Below the pieces are notes generated by a model. The model had not been told where the DNA came from, did not search any database, and was given only the letters and a program-made list of their open reading frames with translations. Positions 1-13,304 of a stretch of 64,000 nt of DNA are shown here, one piece after another. This DNA is from Camelus ferus (taxonomy: Eukaryota), in NCBI RefSeq assembly GCF_009834535.1, contig NC_045696.1:112842001-112906000 (forward strand). Direction: 5' to 3'. The position numbers and the translations under genes were made by a program. Position 1 is the stretch's first letter; each line of letters opens with the position of its first letter.

Positions 1-212
1 TTTAGAGCTCTGGATGCAGGTTAATCAGTCACAGTACAGCTTCGGTGGGTTCCTTTAGGGGCCCAGGGAAGACCTGCCTCCCCCAGCGGCAGTTTTGGCA
101 TCGTACACGTCTTCTGTCAGGTTAAATTTATCCATGACTTAGACCGAGTACAATAAGCCAGGGTATTTCTCACTTCCAATATACCTGAGTAAAAGCCATA
201 CGTGTTTTTTTC

Positions 213-660
213 ACTTGGGATTCTTAATTGCAAGCCACAGAGGCTGCCTCTGGTTTATGAAAGAGAAAAGGAGCTCATGAAAACTATATTAGGTATCTCA
301 CAGAATTCCTGTGAGGAGGAGAGACGTATTCAAGCTAAGCTTCCAGGAGCAATGCCTCAAAGCCTGCAGCATAGCTGGCCTGGTGCGGAGTTGAGGACCA
401 CCACCACTGTTACCCAGCGCCACTCCTCGGACAGACACTCAGGCTTCCGATCATGGCCACCCCAAGGCTGGAGGCTTCTGCTGTCACTGTGGTGGCATCC
501 AGATGACACTTGCCTTCTCAAGTTGCTTACTCCCAAACTGAGGTCTCAGATTCAATGCCTCTGACTGGCAGCCTTAGGGCACATAGTATACCAGCTACCG
601 GGGAAGCTAAGAATGAATTTTCTAGGTTCTACTGTTGCTCAGCACAACCAGAGATCATGA
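213..660 (-). mobile_element. Ancient MaLR LTR remnant (MLT1K/L/N-like)
   Basis: 'gggattcttaattgcaagccacagagg...ctctgg...tctcacagaa' resembles the reverse-complemented 3' end of old MLT1 LTRs; boundaries approximate. Confidence 0.5.
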
Positions 661-1330
661 GCTGCTTCGTGGTAGACATCCGTGCTCTTTTGCTTAAAAA
701 AGTTTCTGTCTGGTGTAACTTATGGAATAACAAAAATTCAGTTACTGCCAATTTCTAAGTACATGATTGAGGATATTTTTAACTCTCCAGAAAAAGCATG
801 AAATTGCACCATCTGTTTGGCTCTTTTCTCCCTGGTGGGCAATACATTTCACAGAGTCCCCATGATTCAGAGGAGACCGAGGTGGGGTCTTTTTCTGAGT
901 CTGAGTCTGTATGCATAGTTTATACCTATTTCCCACGTCACTTAGAAGGGGTTTAGTCACCAGAAATGTCCAATTCAACCACTCTGAACAAAGTGTTTGT
1001 AGAAGAGCGTTGTGGTAGCGAAAACCTACCTTTCGGTGATTCTAGCATCCAGGGGTCTCCAGGTGAGGGCTGGTGGAGAAAGGCCATGGACTGGATTGGG
1101 TGCCAACTTTCTGGCTCACAGCCGCATGGCTCCCTCACAAGCTGTTGTGTTCTGAAGCTATCTTGAAGGAATTTCTACTGCATTGGAGAGGAATTTAAGA
1201 GTGTGAAACTCAGGCTACTTTTTTTTTCCTATTCTAGTTAGTGTTTTTAGACATGAGCTGTCTACACTGGGAGCTTCAGCTTCAGAGGACATCTTCTCTG
1301 CCCATTTAAAATCTATTTTTATGTGGGAAC

Positions 1331-1352
1331 GGGGTAGGGGGTCGGGGGCGGG
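1331..1352 (+). other. Canonical G-quadruplex motif containing a GC box
   Basis: GGGG-TA-GGGGG-TC-GGGGG-C-GGG: four G-runs with 1-2 nt loops. Confidence 0.7.
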
Positions 1353-2119
1353 CAGGCAAGTGGCAGAGGGAAGAGAGGGAAAGCGGTGGGGATTTTTTTT
1401 TTGTTCACTTAAAACAATTTAAAGCAATTGTATCCATTTTGGTGTATTATTATGATCATTATTATTCCATTTTTTACCTTAGGAATCAGAGTTCAGAGGT
1501 TATTATCAATCCAAGTTTTAAAAATGTTTTCACAACAGAATTTCAGATTCATGGGGAATTTTTGCTTCATTTCTGGTTCTAACTTTCAGTGCAATTAAGG
1601 CAAAAGTTTTGAGTTTTGTGAACCCCTTACATTCTGCAGTGTCTGACTTATAGGGAGATTTGGGTTAGAGTGAGTTGAATGGGCGGCGAGAGCACTTGTG
1701 TGGGAGGGACAAGACTCCCGGGGCGCCTGGGACCAGGGACGTTAGGGAGGGTCTGGATGCAGTGAGGAAGAAGAAGCCAGATGGACTTAGCGTTTGAGAG
1801 CAGAGATGCTGCCCTGCTGCTCATTTTCCTAAGAGAGGATCTTCCTGTTTCTTCTTTTCAGAACGTTGAGATGGAAAGCTGGTGTTTATTGGAAGTCACA
1901 GGAAAGTAGAGGGCTTTGTTCAAAACATTTGTTTATGTTCCTAAAAGTTATATTGAGTCCTTTAGGCTCCAGACAGAAATGAGAAAATGTATTACCTAAC
2001 GAGCTCATCCATGGCATGGTGGTCAGGAGCTGGTAGAAGTTTCTGCCCTGCAGACTTTTAAGTGGGAAGAGACTATCAGATGAGCCAACAAATTCATGAG
2101 CAGCACGTGAATTATATAT

Positions 2120-2782
2120 TTTATATATGGAAATTTAATATATGATAAACCCACTATTCCAACTCACTGGGAAAGAATGGATGTTTAGATACCTATCCAT
2201 CTGGAAGAAGTAAAAGCAGACCCCTTCCTCACACCATATGTAAATAGAAATAACAGATAAAGATCTAATATTTTAATATAAAAAATATAAAAAGAAAGTA
2301 TAAGAGATGAGGGGGATAATTTAAGGGTGGGTGACACAAAAGTAACACACAAAAAAAGACATCACAAAATAAGTTGACTACTACACATCAGCATGAAAAA
2401 CTATATAGCAAAGATGCCATAAACACAAATTTTTTAAGTGCTAGATTGGGAAAAGTCATTTGCTACCCATGTGGTTGATACCCCGATACATTAATAGCTA
2501 CAACACACTGTTAAGTAAAATACAAAAACGAGCAAAAGATAAGCAATACAAATAGTGACCAAATTGATGACAAATGCTTACTATCACTCTAGTTTGGAAA
2601 ATTAAAACAACAATGAGAAGCAAATTTTGCAAAGAAAAAAAGTAATTTATGGCTGTTTTTTCCCCCTATATTTATAGTATAATATTTTTTCAAGAAAGGA
2701 GGGTAGGCAGGCTCTATCTATAGGCATAAATATATTTTGAAGGATACACACCAAAATGTAAAATTAATAATCTCAGGGTCCA
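2120..2782 (+). mobile_element. Old degraded L1 (L1ME-like) ORF2/3' fragment; resumes at ~4260-4365 after the young L1
   Basis: 'ccccttcctcacaccatatg', 'gattgggaaaagtcatttgc' and 'aaaacaacaatgaga' are decayed ORF2 motifs (PYLTPY, WEKIFA, KTTMR). Confidence 0.6.
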
Positions 2783-4187
2783 TTTTCATCAACTAATCTT
2801 CAACAAAGAAGGCAAGACTATACAATGGAATAAAGACAGTCCCTTCAGCAAATGGTGTTGGGAAAACTGGACAGAAGCATGTAAATCAATGAAGCTAGAA
2901 CACTCCCTTACACCATACACAAAAATAAACTCAAAATGGATCAAAAACTTAAACATGAGACAAGATACAATAAACATCCTAGAAGAAAATAGAGGCAAAA
3001 CATTATCTGACATCCATCTCAAAAATTTTCTCCTAGGGCAGTCTACCCAAGAAATAGAAATAAAAGCAAGAATAAACAAATGGGACCTAATGAAACTTAC
3101 AAGCTTCTGCACAGCAAAGGAAACCAGAAGTAAAGCAAAACAACAACCTACAGAATGGGAGAAAATTTTTGCTTATGAAACTGACAAAGGCTTGATCTCC
3201 AGAATATATAAGCAGCTCATATGACTTAATAAGAAAAAAACAAACAACCCGATCCAAAAATGGGCAGAAGTCCTAAACAAGCAATTCTCCAAGGAAGAAA
3301 TACAAATGATCAATAAGCACATGAAAAAATGCTCAATATCACTAATTATCAGAGAAATGCAAACCAAAACTACAATGAGGTATCACCTCACACCAGTCAG
3401 AATGGCCATCATTCAAAAGTCCACAAATGACAAATGCTGGAGAGGCTGTGGAGAAAAGGGAACTCTCCTACACTGCTGGTGGGAATGCAGTTTGGTGCAG
3501 CCACTGTGGAAAACAGTATGGAGATTCCTCAAAAGACTAGGAATAGACTTACCATATGACCCAGGAATCCCACCCCTGGGCATATATCCAGAAGGAACCC
3601 TACTTCAGGATGACACCTGCACCCCAATGTTCATAGCAGCACTATTTACAATAGCCAAGACATGGAAACAGCTTAAATGTCCATCAACAGATGGCTGGAT
3701 AAAGAAGTGGTGGTATATTTATACAATGGAATACTATTCGGCCACAAAAACTGACAACATAATGCCATTTGCAGCAACATGGATGCTCCTGGAGAATGTC
3801 ATTCTAAGTGAAGTAAGCCAGAAAGAGAAAGGAAGATACCATATGAGATCGCTCATATGTGGAATCTTAAAAAAATAAGGAACATAAATACAAAACAGAA
3901 ACAGATTCATAGGCATAGAATACAAACTTGTGGTTGCGAAGGATCAGTGGGTGGGAAGGGACAGACTGAGATTTCAAAATGTAGAATAGATAAACAAGAC
4001 TATACTGTATAGCACAGAGAAATATATACAAGATCTTATGGTAGCTCACAGTGAAAAAAGATGTGACAATAAATATATGTATGTTCATGTATAATTGAAA
4101 AATTGTGCTCTACACTGGAATTTGACACAACATTGTAAAATGACTATAACTCAATAAAAAAATGTTAAAAAAAAGTACCTAAAATAT

Positions 4188-4246
<59 letters not shown>
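2783..4246 (+). mobile_element. Young 5'-truncated LINE-1: ORF2 C-terminus, 3'UTR and tail
   Basis: One reading frame 2790-3878 (QLIFNKEGK...[22 protein letters not shown] motif...SLICGI) broken only by TGA at 3222-3224; AATAAA 4153-4158; TSD ATCTCAGGGTCCA at 2770-2782 and 4247-4259. Confidence 0.97.

Positions 4247-4249
<3 letters not shown>
4190..4249. repeat. (ATC)20 microsatellite
   Basis: Perfect trinucleotide run. Confidence 0.97.
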
Positions 4250-6038
4250 TCAGGGTCCAAGGAAGATAAGCCAAAAGAGACGAAGTTTAATTTTTCTCTT
4301 TATATATTTTTATAGTATTTTACTTATCCTAATGAGGATTTATTACTTTTGCGATTTAGAAAAAATCCAACACTGAAGCACTGTCTTAAAATTAACTATT
4401 GTGATGAATTAGGGCAAATAAAGAATCAAAGAACACCTCCAGAGTCTGGTCTGGCCAATTGATCATCTATCTTGTACCATTCATTGAGATAAAGACATCT
4501 CCACTGACAAGAAACAAATATTTTTGCACCATAAGTACTTGTTTGCTTATACCAAGGGTAAATATCCGTTTACAAGCTGAAATTCAAGAAATATCACTTT
4601 ATTTACTTCAAAACAAAGTATCTGGACCCTGAGTTCTTCATCACATGAGGTGATTGGGACATTCTGTCTCCATCATGATTGGGCTCTGAGACCATCCAAG
4701 GTCTCATGGGACACCTGGAAGATGACAGGGCTACCAGAGCCACAACTCAGTGTGGGAAAGGAGGCCTGGTCTTGGAGACAAATGGGCTGGAGGCCAGTCT
4801 TCCACCCTCCAAATGATGTTGGCCATGTTGATGCCTTGGTCTCATCTGTGAAATAGGACTGATATAATTTGTCTTGGGTGGCTCACTGAGGTGTCGCAGG
4901 ACCATAGCTCTTTCATTCAAACCCCAGCACCTTCATGAACCTGTTAAAATGCCCTGCTCTGAAGCTCATGATCGTCAGGTTGAATGACTGCAAACTGGAC
5001 CGTATGAAGAAAGCCAAGTCTTTGAGAGGATGATGTGTTTCCAATTAAATCTTAGAGAATTGGGGAAGGGCAAAGAGGAGGGGAGGGTAAAGGTGATCTG
5101 GAATTCAGATCTCAGAAAGCTAAATTGTCAAAAGCCTCAACAAACCTCCCTTGGATCTAAGACCTCTTAATATCTTAATCAGTGCTTCCTCCAACAAAAC
5201 TGTTGTATGGAATGGTTTATTCTTTTAAAAGAAAAAAATTATAAATGAAATAATCTTGATTTTTGTGCTTGTCACAGAGAAATTCTTACAGAATGACTGA
5301 AGACTTCATTTAAATATCTTGGATAGCTCTTTAGAGAGACGTTTATCATCCAAATCCGTCTCCCAAAAGTCTAAGAAAATGAGGAGATGGTTTATGAAAT
5401 GTTCAGTGAATGTCTTATAACAGTGGTTGTGTTTGCAGCCACAATTCATACCATTTCCCTGGGCTCGGTGAGAATTTTTTCTGGAGGAAGGACACCTTGC
5501 ATTTACAGTATTTGAATAGTGCTTTGTCCACTCTGTAGAGATAGCGTCAGGGGAGGGTTGCATGCTGTTCAGGAAACAGGAGCCCCTGGTTCACCCTAAA
5601 CTGGCCAACCATCACCTGTGGAAGTTGAACCAGTGACTCTCCCTAAGTCTTTGTTTACCCTCATGGTAAATAAAGCAATTCTACAACCTGGCATTCAGAT
5701 CATTAGTTTCTGTTGGAACATTTTAATAGAAGGCACCAGCTAGTGGATAGACGTCGGTTTTTGAATTGACTGTCCAGATGTTGCACTTTGTGCTTCTGGG
5801 CAACTTGCAGTTTCTACATATCATAGTTTGACTTCAATATCCATGTAATTTTTTATTGTATGCATTAGGGAATTGTTGCTTTGAAACTGAAATTAAACCA
5901 ATTATACTAATAGTTAACATTTATTCTTATTAGTAAGGACTAATAACAAGCGTGACTGAAACAGGCTCCAAGTTATATAAGAAATTCTAATTGACAAGTT
6001 GTAACTCTACTCAAGGCTCCCATCATGACCCACTAGTG

Positions 6039-6263
6039 CGAGGGTCCATAAACCATGCCCCATGGGACACATCTAATATGCCATCTGTTTTTGTGGACAA
6101 AGTTTTATTGGAACAGAGCCACATTCATTTCTTGACATATTGTCTATATCTGCGTTCATGCTACATCAGCAAACTTGAGTAATTGAGACAGACACCTAAT
6201 GGCCCACAAGAGCCTAAAATATTTACCATCTGACCCTTTACAAAAAAAGTTTGCCAATACCTG
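6039..6263 (+). mobile_element. MER58A-like hAT-Charlie MITE
   Basis: 'aaagttttattggaacagagccac...gcctaaaatatttaccatctgaccctttacaaaaaaagtttgcc' matches the recalled consensus; degenerate 8-bp TSD cactagtg/gactactg. Confidence 0.85.
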
Positions 6264-6517
6264 GACTACTGTATCTCTCACCTTAGTGAGAAGGCCTGCT
6301 CTACAGAGGAAATTCTGTATCTCTTGGGTTGACATGCAGGGCCTGACTGACTCAGCCAATGACTTTCCATTTTTCTCTTCGGTGAAGAATCTATTCCAAC
6401 CAGGCTAGCCCCGTCCCTTTTCAACTCCTTGAAGATGGAAGGGTCTCCCCCTCCCCACTCCTCAGCTCCAGCATACAGCTAGCAAAATGGCCATGATCAA
6501 TTCACAGTGATGTGAAC

Positions 6518-6663
6518 CTTCACCTCTCAAAGTGTGGTCTATGAACCAGCAGCATTGGCAGTATCTAGGAGCTTGTTAGACTTACAGAATATCAGGCCCC
6601 ATCCCAGATCAATTGAGTCAGAATATGTATTTTAACAAGATTCTCAGATGCTTTAAATCACTG
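6518..6663 (+). mobile_element. MER5A-family hAT-Charlie MITE
   Basis: 'ctctcaaagtgtggtc...accagcagcatt...gagcttgttaga...cagaat...aggcccc...ttttaacaagat'. Confidence 0.8.
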
Positions 6664-6669
6664 ATCTAG

Positions 6670-6878
6670 AGCACTGCGAGCCAATACAGCCTTCTGCAAC
6701 AATGGAAATGTCTCTCTGCGACGTCCAGCACAGCAGCCAACAGCCTCATGTGACTCTTGAGCAACTGACTTAGGCTGGTGCAACTCAGACACTCAATTTT
6801 TAACTTTATTTTATTTAAACTAATTTCAGTTTATAAAGCCACATTCAGCTGGCAGCTACCATGTTATAGAGTACAGCT
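6670..6878 (+). mobile_element. MER3-like hAT-Charlie MITE
   Basis: 'ccaatacagccttctgcaacaatggaaatgt...catgtgactcttgagca...agccacatt...gctaccatgtt'. Confidence 0.75.
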
Positions 6879-7718
6879 CTGAAATGTACCTCAGAAAATG
6901 GTCCCAGGTGGAACCCTTGTAGTTCATTCCCATAAACCTCCAAAGTCACCTGAAGCATTCCAGCATTGCTTTGAGCCTGGAAGAGGATACACGTTATGGG
7001 ACACCCAGCAAGGTCCCTGTGGGGTTCTATGGCTGGAGTGCTCAAAGTGTCCCCAGAAGCCTGAGATAGGAAGGGATATTGACTATGCATGTGAACTCAA
7101 GGGCCAAATCCTCCAAGGCCACTATTGGTCCCAGATAGTAGCTGAGACATGAGGAGGATCAAGTCTGAGGCTCTATCCCAGACTCGGTGGTGGAGACAGC
7201 AAATGTCTCCATCAAACTGGTGTATCCAACTGAAGGAGTCAGTCCCCAAGACAAAGTGTTACAGGCTCAGACCTGACTCTTCCCTTATTCTAACCTCATA
7301 GGCCTAGGGATCAGAAGGCCCCAATCACAAAGACCTTTAGAAGTTATTTTGTGCAATCTTTTTGTGCATGGTTGCTGTCGCTGAGGCCCCTAGAGGGTGA
7401 GGAACTTATACAAGTGCACACAAGGGGTCCATGAGGGGTGAACCTAGGTCATCTTTTCACAGTCTCAATTTAGCATTTCCACCTTAAGGCGGAGCAAAGA
7501 CCTCCTCCATCCCATCTGGCTCAGACTCCATATCCTCACTGAGATGGGGACCCCACCCCACCCCACTTGATCTGCAGTGCTCAGTGTCTCACACTCTTAC
7601 TTTCATGGTCTGGGAGCTGCTACTGAAGGCAGCATCCTCTAGTGCCCGATTCTTCTCTCTCTTGGCTGAAACTCAATTTCCCAGAAGAGGCGAAGGTGGA
7701 CCTGTCATATAAGCCCAA

Positions 7719-8152
7719 CATATTAGTTTCTTAGGGCTTCCATTAACAAGCTGCCACAGACTTCTTGGCTTAAAACAACAGAAATTTATTCTCTCACAAT
7801 TCTGGAGGCCAAAAGTCCAAAATCGAAGGCCATATTCTCTCTCTGAAGTCCTTTTAGGAGAATCCTGTTTTGCCTTTCCCAGCTTGTAGTGGTTCTTGGT
7901 GTTTCTTGTCTTGTGGCAGCAAAACTTCAGTCTGCCTCCATCTTCTCATGGCCTCTTCCCTGTGTCTCTGTCTTCTCTTGAAGGACTCTTAGGGTAGACT
8001 TAGGACTCATCTTAATCCAAGGTGATCCCATCTTGAGATCCTTACCTTACTTACATCTGCAAAGATCCTATTTCCAAATAACATCAGAGTCACAGGTACC
8101 AGAGTTGAAGATGCAGACATGTCTTTTGGGGATCACTATTCAAACCACTGTA
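7719..8152 (-). mobile_element. MaLR solo LTR (MLT1B/C-like)
   Basis: 'tattagtttcttagggct...ggcttaaaacaacagaaatttattctctcacaattctggaggcc...catctgcaaagatcctatttccaaataa'. Confidence 0.85.
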
Positions 8153-8659
8153 CCCAGTGTCTAGGATCCCTTGCAGAAAACCTCAGTGCCTTCCCTTCTG
8201 TGGATTTCAGCCTCTTTCTCTCCTGGGGCTATCCTGTCTATCCTCCAAACACATTGCAGAGGCTCTACAAAGCTTGCTCTCTGGACCAGGTAAGGAAGAG
8301 CCCCCTGAAAGAACTCTATGAATGCTAGTGTTTCACTTCAGGTGTATGTCTTAGAGGCATGGAAACCTCTGGGGTGCTGCCCCCTTTCTCCTGCTCTGCC
8401 TCCCTGCCTGTGCCATGCATGGCACAATGTCACAGAGAAGGACATCTCTTCCTCTTCCAGTGCACCATCAGTTTGGTCCCAGCCCTACAGTCCCACTCAG
8501 TATGCACCTATACCCACCAGGAAAACGCCCAGAGGATGCCTTATGTTCACCAATGTATTAGATGCTCTCCCATTGTCTCCCACCCACACTCCCACCATTT
8601 ATACTGAATCTCTAGATCCTGGAGAAGGGTAGGCCTAGGTAAGGTACATAGACTGGGCC

Positions 8660-9050
8660 AGACTTAGACATCTGACCTCGGGAAATAGTCACAGATGGAT
8701 TGAGCCCATCAGAGACCTTTCAAGAAGACATGAACTCAGAAGCCTAGAGACTGAGCAGATTGAGTGGAAATGGGCACTGCCGCTGGGTTGTGAGGGCTTG
8801 TCCATTCTGAATTGGTGGTCACTGGGGGTGGCTGCCATGTTGGACTGCATCCAAGCAAAGAAAGACTGATTAGTGTTGGTCTGATGTGCAGAGAGCTGGA
8901 GACACAAGAGGTCGTTCGGTCTGAGAGCTCAAGAGCAAGAGAGAGATGCCTAATTACTTCCCACTTTTCTGGCCTCCTCCACTTTACTTTTGAATGTAAG
9001 TCAAAACAAGCCTGAGTGAGTTTCCACTCTTTGTAACCAATAAACACCCC
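8660..9050 (+). mobile_element. Ancient MaLR LTR remnant (MLT1K/L-like)
   Basis: 'gtggctgccatgttg' core and 'aagcctgagtgagtttcc..tctttgtaaccaa' 3' end; heavily diverged. Confidence 0.4.
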
Positions 9051-10270
9051 CCCAATATTTCCAGTTTATAATCGATTGCCCTGTGAAAAAAGCACAATGG
9101 GAAGAGTGAAGAAAGAGTCATTCAGTGAGTTGTTACTGAAAGAATAAACAGCAAAAAAGAACAAGATCCAACGAGCAAACTCTTTCCGGGCCATTGCAAT
9201 TGAGCAGGTTGGCATGATGATTTATCCATTAAGTGCTTAGGGGTTTTGTCCATACAAATTACTCTTCCCCCAGAGAACTTGATCGTTGGTGGATGGGGTA
9301 ATAAAGTTGTGGTTTTGAATCTGAAATTTGAGGCGACAGCCACAGCAGTCACAAGGACTTGATCAAACATCTTGGCAGCTCTACACAGTTTTACTACATC
9401 TGCTACAGGAGGCTCTGCCAGAGAGCAGATGAAAATGGGTAGGAAAGGAGGGCAGAACTTTTTTGCTTGATCTGGATAAAACTGACCTACCTAAGGCTCG
9501 GGTTTAGACCTTTACTGTCAGGATATTATTTGTGTTTCGAGGATGCAGTAGCATTAAGATGCCTCTGATAATATTTCATCGGTTCCACATCCCCCTCTCA
9601 TCCCCCCAAGATAAATGAGGAGCAGAGAGATTCAAGGGAAATAGCCAGCCACAGTGATTAGTAGATCTATGATAGTTCATCTCATCTACTTTTTATGGAA
9701 GAGATGGAATGTCAAAAAAAATGGTTGGAAAATGTTGTTTTCTATAAAGTTAAAATGCATGTAGTGAAAACTCAGAAATGTCACCTTTTTGTGCAGTGTT
9801 TACAAAGTTCACATACTGGGCTGGTGAGAGGACAAGAGGAACTTAATACTTCAGTGCCAGCTTTTCCAATGTGACATTATGTAATCAAGGAAGATGCATC
9901 AAGCTTCCCAGCATGGCAAATGTATAGAACTTCAGAGAATTTGCAAAGCCTTAAATAACTCTTCTATGTTTATCCTAACCACTATAATTGAATTTTCTTT
10001 TCCTTTTGTCTCTCAACAATTATGAGCATCTTTCTATGAAAATTCTTTGATCTCATTAGAAGTCTTAAGAAATACAACTTGATGAGAAAAGCAAAGACTT
10101 AAAAAATCCTACATACATGGGTTCAAATCTTAGCTTTAAACTGAATGTCAGATTTTTGATAAGCAACAATGTAATGGCAAAGTCTACTTTCAAAGGTAAC
10201 CAGAAAGATGGAATGAAATAGCATTTATTTGTGGTCTTCAACCTTAGGATCTCATTACAATCAACTTTTT

Positions 10271-10992
10271 TTTTAATTGAAGTATAGTTGATTTACACTG
10301 TTGGGTTAGTCTCTGGTGTGTAACATAGTGATTCAGTTATACACACATACACACATATATATTCTTTTTCATGTTTTTTTCCATTATAGGTTTCTAGAAG
10401 ATATAAAATACAGTTCTTTGTGCTATACAGTAGGACCTTGTTGTTTATCTATTCTGTACATAGTAGTTGGTATCTGCAAATCCCAAACTCCCAATTTGTC
10501 CCTCTCACCCTTTCTCCCTAAGGTAACCAAAAGTTTGTTTTCTATGTCTGTGAGTCTGTTTCTGTTTTGTAAATAAGTTCATTTTGTGCCATTTTTAAAT
10601 ATTCCACATGGAAGCGATATCATATGGTATTTTTCCTTCTCTTTTTGGCTTATTTCACTTAGTATAATAATCTCCAGGCCTATCCATGTTGCTGAAAATG
10701 GCATTATCCCTTTCTTTTTTATGGCTGAGTAGTATTCCATTATATACATATACCACAACTTCTTTATCCAGTCATCTGTGGATGGACATTTAGGTGGTTT
10801 CCATATCTTCGCTATTGGAAATAGTGCTGCTATGAATATTGGGTGCATACATCTTTTCAAATTAGAGTTCCCTCTGGATATATGCCCAGGATTGGGATTG
10901 CTGGATCATATGGTAAGTCTATTTTTAGTTTTTTGAGGAATCTCCATACTGCTTTCCATAGTGGCTGCACCAGATTACATTCCCACCAACAG
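10271..10992 (-). mobile_element. 5'-truncated LINE-1 (ORF2 end plus 3'UTR) inserted in a MER5-like element
   Basis: Minus-strand ORFs [33 protein letters not shown] and PIFIAALF...SEISQKEKEKYHMISL; degenerate TSD acaatcaacttttt (10257-10270) / acaatacccttttt (10993-11006); MER5-like flanks at ~10231-10265 and ~11000-11115. Confidence 0.93.
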
Positions 10993-12707
10993 ACAATACC
11001 CTTTTTAAATACAGGAATGCCCAGGCCCTGTTCTAGCTGAACTGACTCAGATTCTACAAGATGGGGCCTGAGAATCAATATTATTTTAAATACTTCAGGT
11101 TTTGGAACCCAGGACAGAGCAAGAGTGAGAGGCAAGGACCCAGTCTTTAAAATCACTTTTAACTTAAGATTTTTTTAGAAGGAAAAAAAATGCATCTGTG
11201 TGTGTGTATGTGTGTGTGTGTGTTTCCTGATTAGCCAACCCATAGTGAGGGAGTAGGCTACCAGGGCCTACTAACTGATGAGGCTGGGAGTAGCTTCTCA
11301 TCCACATGTTTTGTTAGCAAGATTATATCAGGTAGTAATTTCAGTTGACATTGAATATAATTAATAATGTAATTTCTAGTTGTTCCAGTTTAATTCTCCT
11401 GAAATTACATCAGGAAACTGGGACATTATGACACATTCCTGATTAAAGAACAATAGATTGGGTTAAACCTCTGTGGATACTTCATTTCCATCTAAGTCAT
11501 GGGGAGTATTTGTCTGCTAAATGTGGGATTCCCTCAACACCAGAACGGCCAGTTTAAAAACCTCATGCAGCTCAAGCATAGGTGGGCTTCTGATTCTGTG
11601 AACTCTGCTGACAGTAGGTAGAGCCCCCAGGTTAGACAGAAAAAGTTTGGTGCTGTCTTCCCCTTCCCCACATAGTCTTTGGCATCCTATTAACCAAGAG
11701 ATAAACTCGTCATGGACGTGGGATGGATTTTCCTTGGGCTTTTAGTATGGTAACTCATAGCCAGCCCTGTGTGAGTTCAAAGCCAGAATCATCTAGACTT
11801 CTGATTTCTCAGAACCTTGGGGACCTCCAGGTCAGCAAGGTGTCCCTAGTAAGTAGATTACACAAAAGGGAGCTGAACTGTGAGTCTTAGTGGAGAAGTT
11901 CATGCTCGTCCTCTGATCCTAGAAAGAAATTAAGCTGAAACCCAGACTGTTAGAATTCTCTACTCATCTCCAGTAATATACCAAACATTGAGAATATCAA
12001 GTTTTCAATGTTTCCCAGGCTTTTGTTTTCTCTCTCTTTCTCATTTTAACTAAGCATAGCTCTTTCTTTTGTGTTCATACCCTTGGGGAAAAAAAAAAAG
12101 CACAGTCACTGTCTTCAGGAATGCTGAATTTCTGCATGTGCTTTGGCACAGGAATGATTCCAAAAGCACAGGCTTAAAGCTCACCCGTGTCCTGCACATC
12201 AGATGGATTCACAAAAAGCTATTTTCTGAACCTGGAAATTTTTTTCAAATAAAATTCAAAAGCAAAAATGAAATTATTGCTAGCAGTATCCATCCCCTAA
12301 CTAACAGCTAATTTGTATACTTACAGAATAACAACTCAAATTAAGAAATATTATTTCATAAATCAATCTATTGTTACCACTCAAGGGAAATAAAATGCCA
12401 GAGTTGGAATTTTCTAAAACAAATCATTTTATAATTTCAGCTGCTAAGGTGAGACTGTGTTTACACAGTCATTGATTATCTCAAAGTACTTTGCAGATTA
12501 CTTTATGGCTTCCTTAGTGAGTGGATTTGATTAAAAACTCACTGTCTTATAAACACTCCATATTATTCTCACATTTATTTACTGAAGGTGTTACTAGCAA
12601 ATTGCCTAATCGAAACCCCTGTTTCTCTATAAACATTGCCTGTGCCTTGACCTTTATCCCAGTGCTTATAAAATGATTCCACTCATGAGCAGTATATTCA
12701 TTGCTAA

Positions 12708-12802
12708 AGAGAGGAAAGGAGGAAGGATGGAAGGAAGAGAGGGAGGGAGGCAGGGAGGGAGGCAAAAAGGAAGGAAGAAAAGAAAGAAAGGAAGGAAGAA
12801 AA
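12708..12802. repeat. GA-rich polypurine tract, (GGAA/GGGA)n-like
   Basis: ~95 bp almost entirely A/G. Confidence 0.85.
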
Positions 12803-13304
12803 ATTAATTACTGAATTTTCTCAGTCACCCTTTCCAATCTAAACTTGCTAACTTGTCTCTAACCTTATAGTCTCTTTGATGGAATTCATTTCAGAAAACA
12901 CCTTTCTTCCTTACATAATTACCCATGTAACATCTTTGTCTTTATTCTCTGTCTGATATTATCTCTCAGTAGTTTATGCCACCTCCATCTTACATTCATG
13001 GCTTTTTGCTGCCTTTGTTCCTGATTTTCACTCAATACTTTCCCTTGCTAAGCCCTTGGAGCACCCTTACTTCTTATCAATAAGTCACATAATTAATAGA
13101 TGATCAGACACAAACTCAAGGAGGTCCAGTTGACTATGGTGGATCAGCCTTTGTGATGAATTTCTGAGCTCATCTGAAAAAATTCTTTATATTAAAAGAT
13201 CCAATCTCCCAATAGTTTGCAGCCATTTTTAAGACATAGGCCAGCAACAGTCATTTTGTATGACTAAAGAGTAAAAGGCTTAATGTCTGTAGCATAGGCA
13301 AAAA

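Noticed and set aside
2889..3878. 111-aa and 190-aa ORFs as a host gene
   Set aside because: They are LINE-1 ORF2 C-terminal sequence in a 5'-truncated copy
9390..9412. Partial resemblance to miR-222 (ctacatctgctac)
   Set aside because: Gapped short match, and no hairpin precursor was evident
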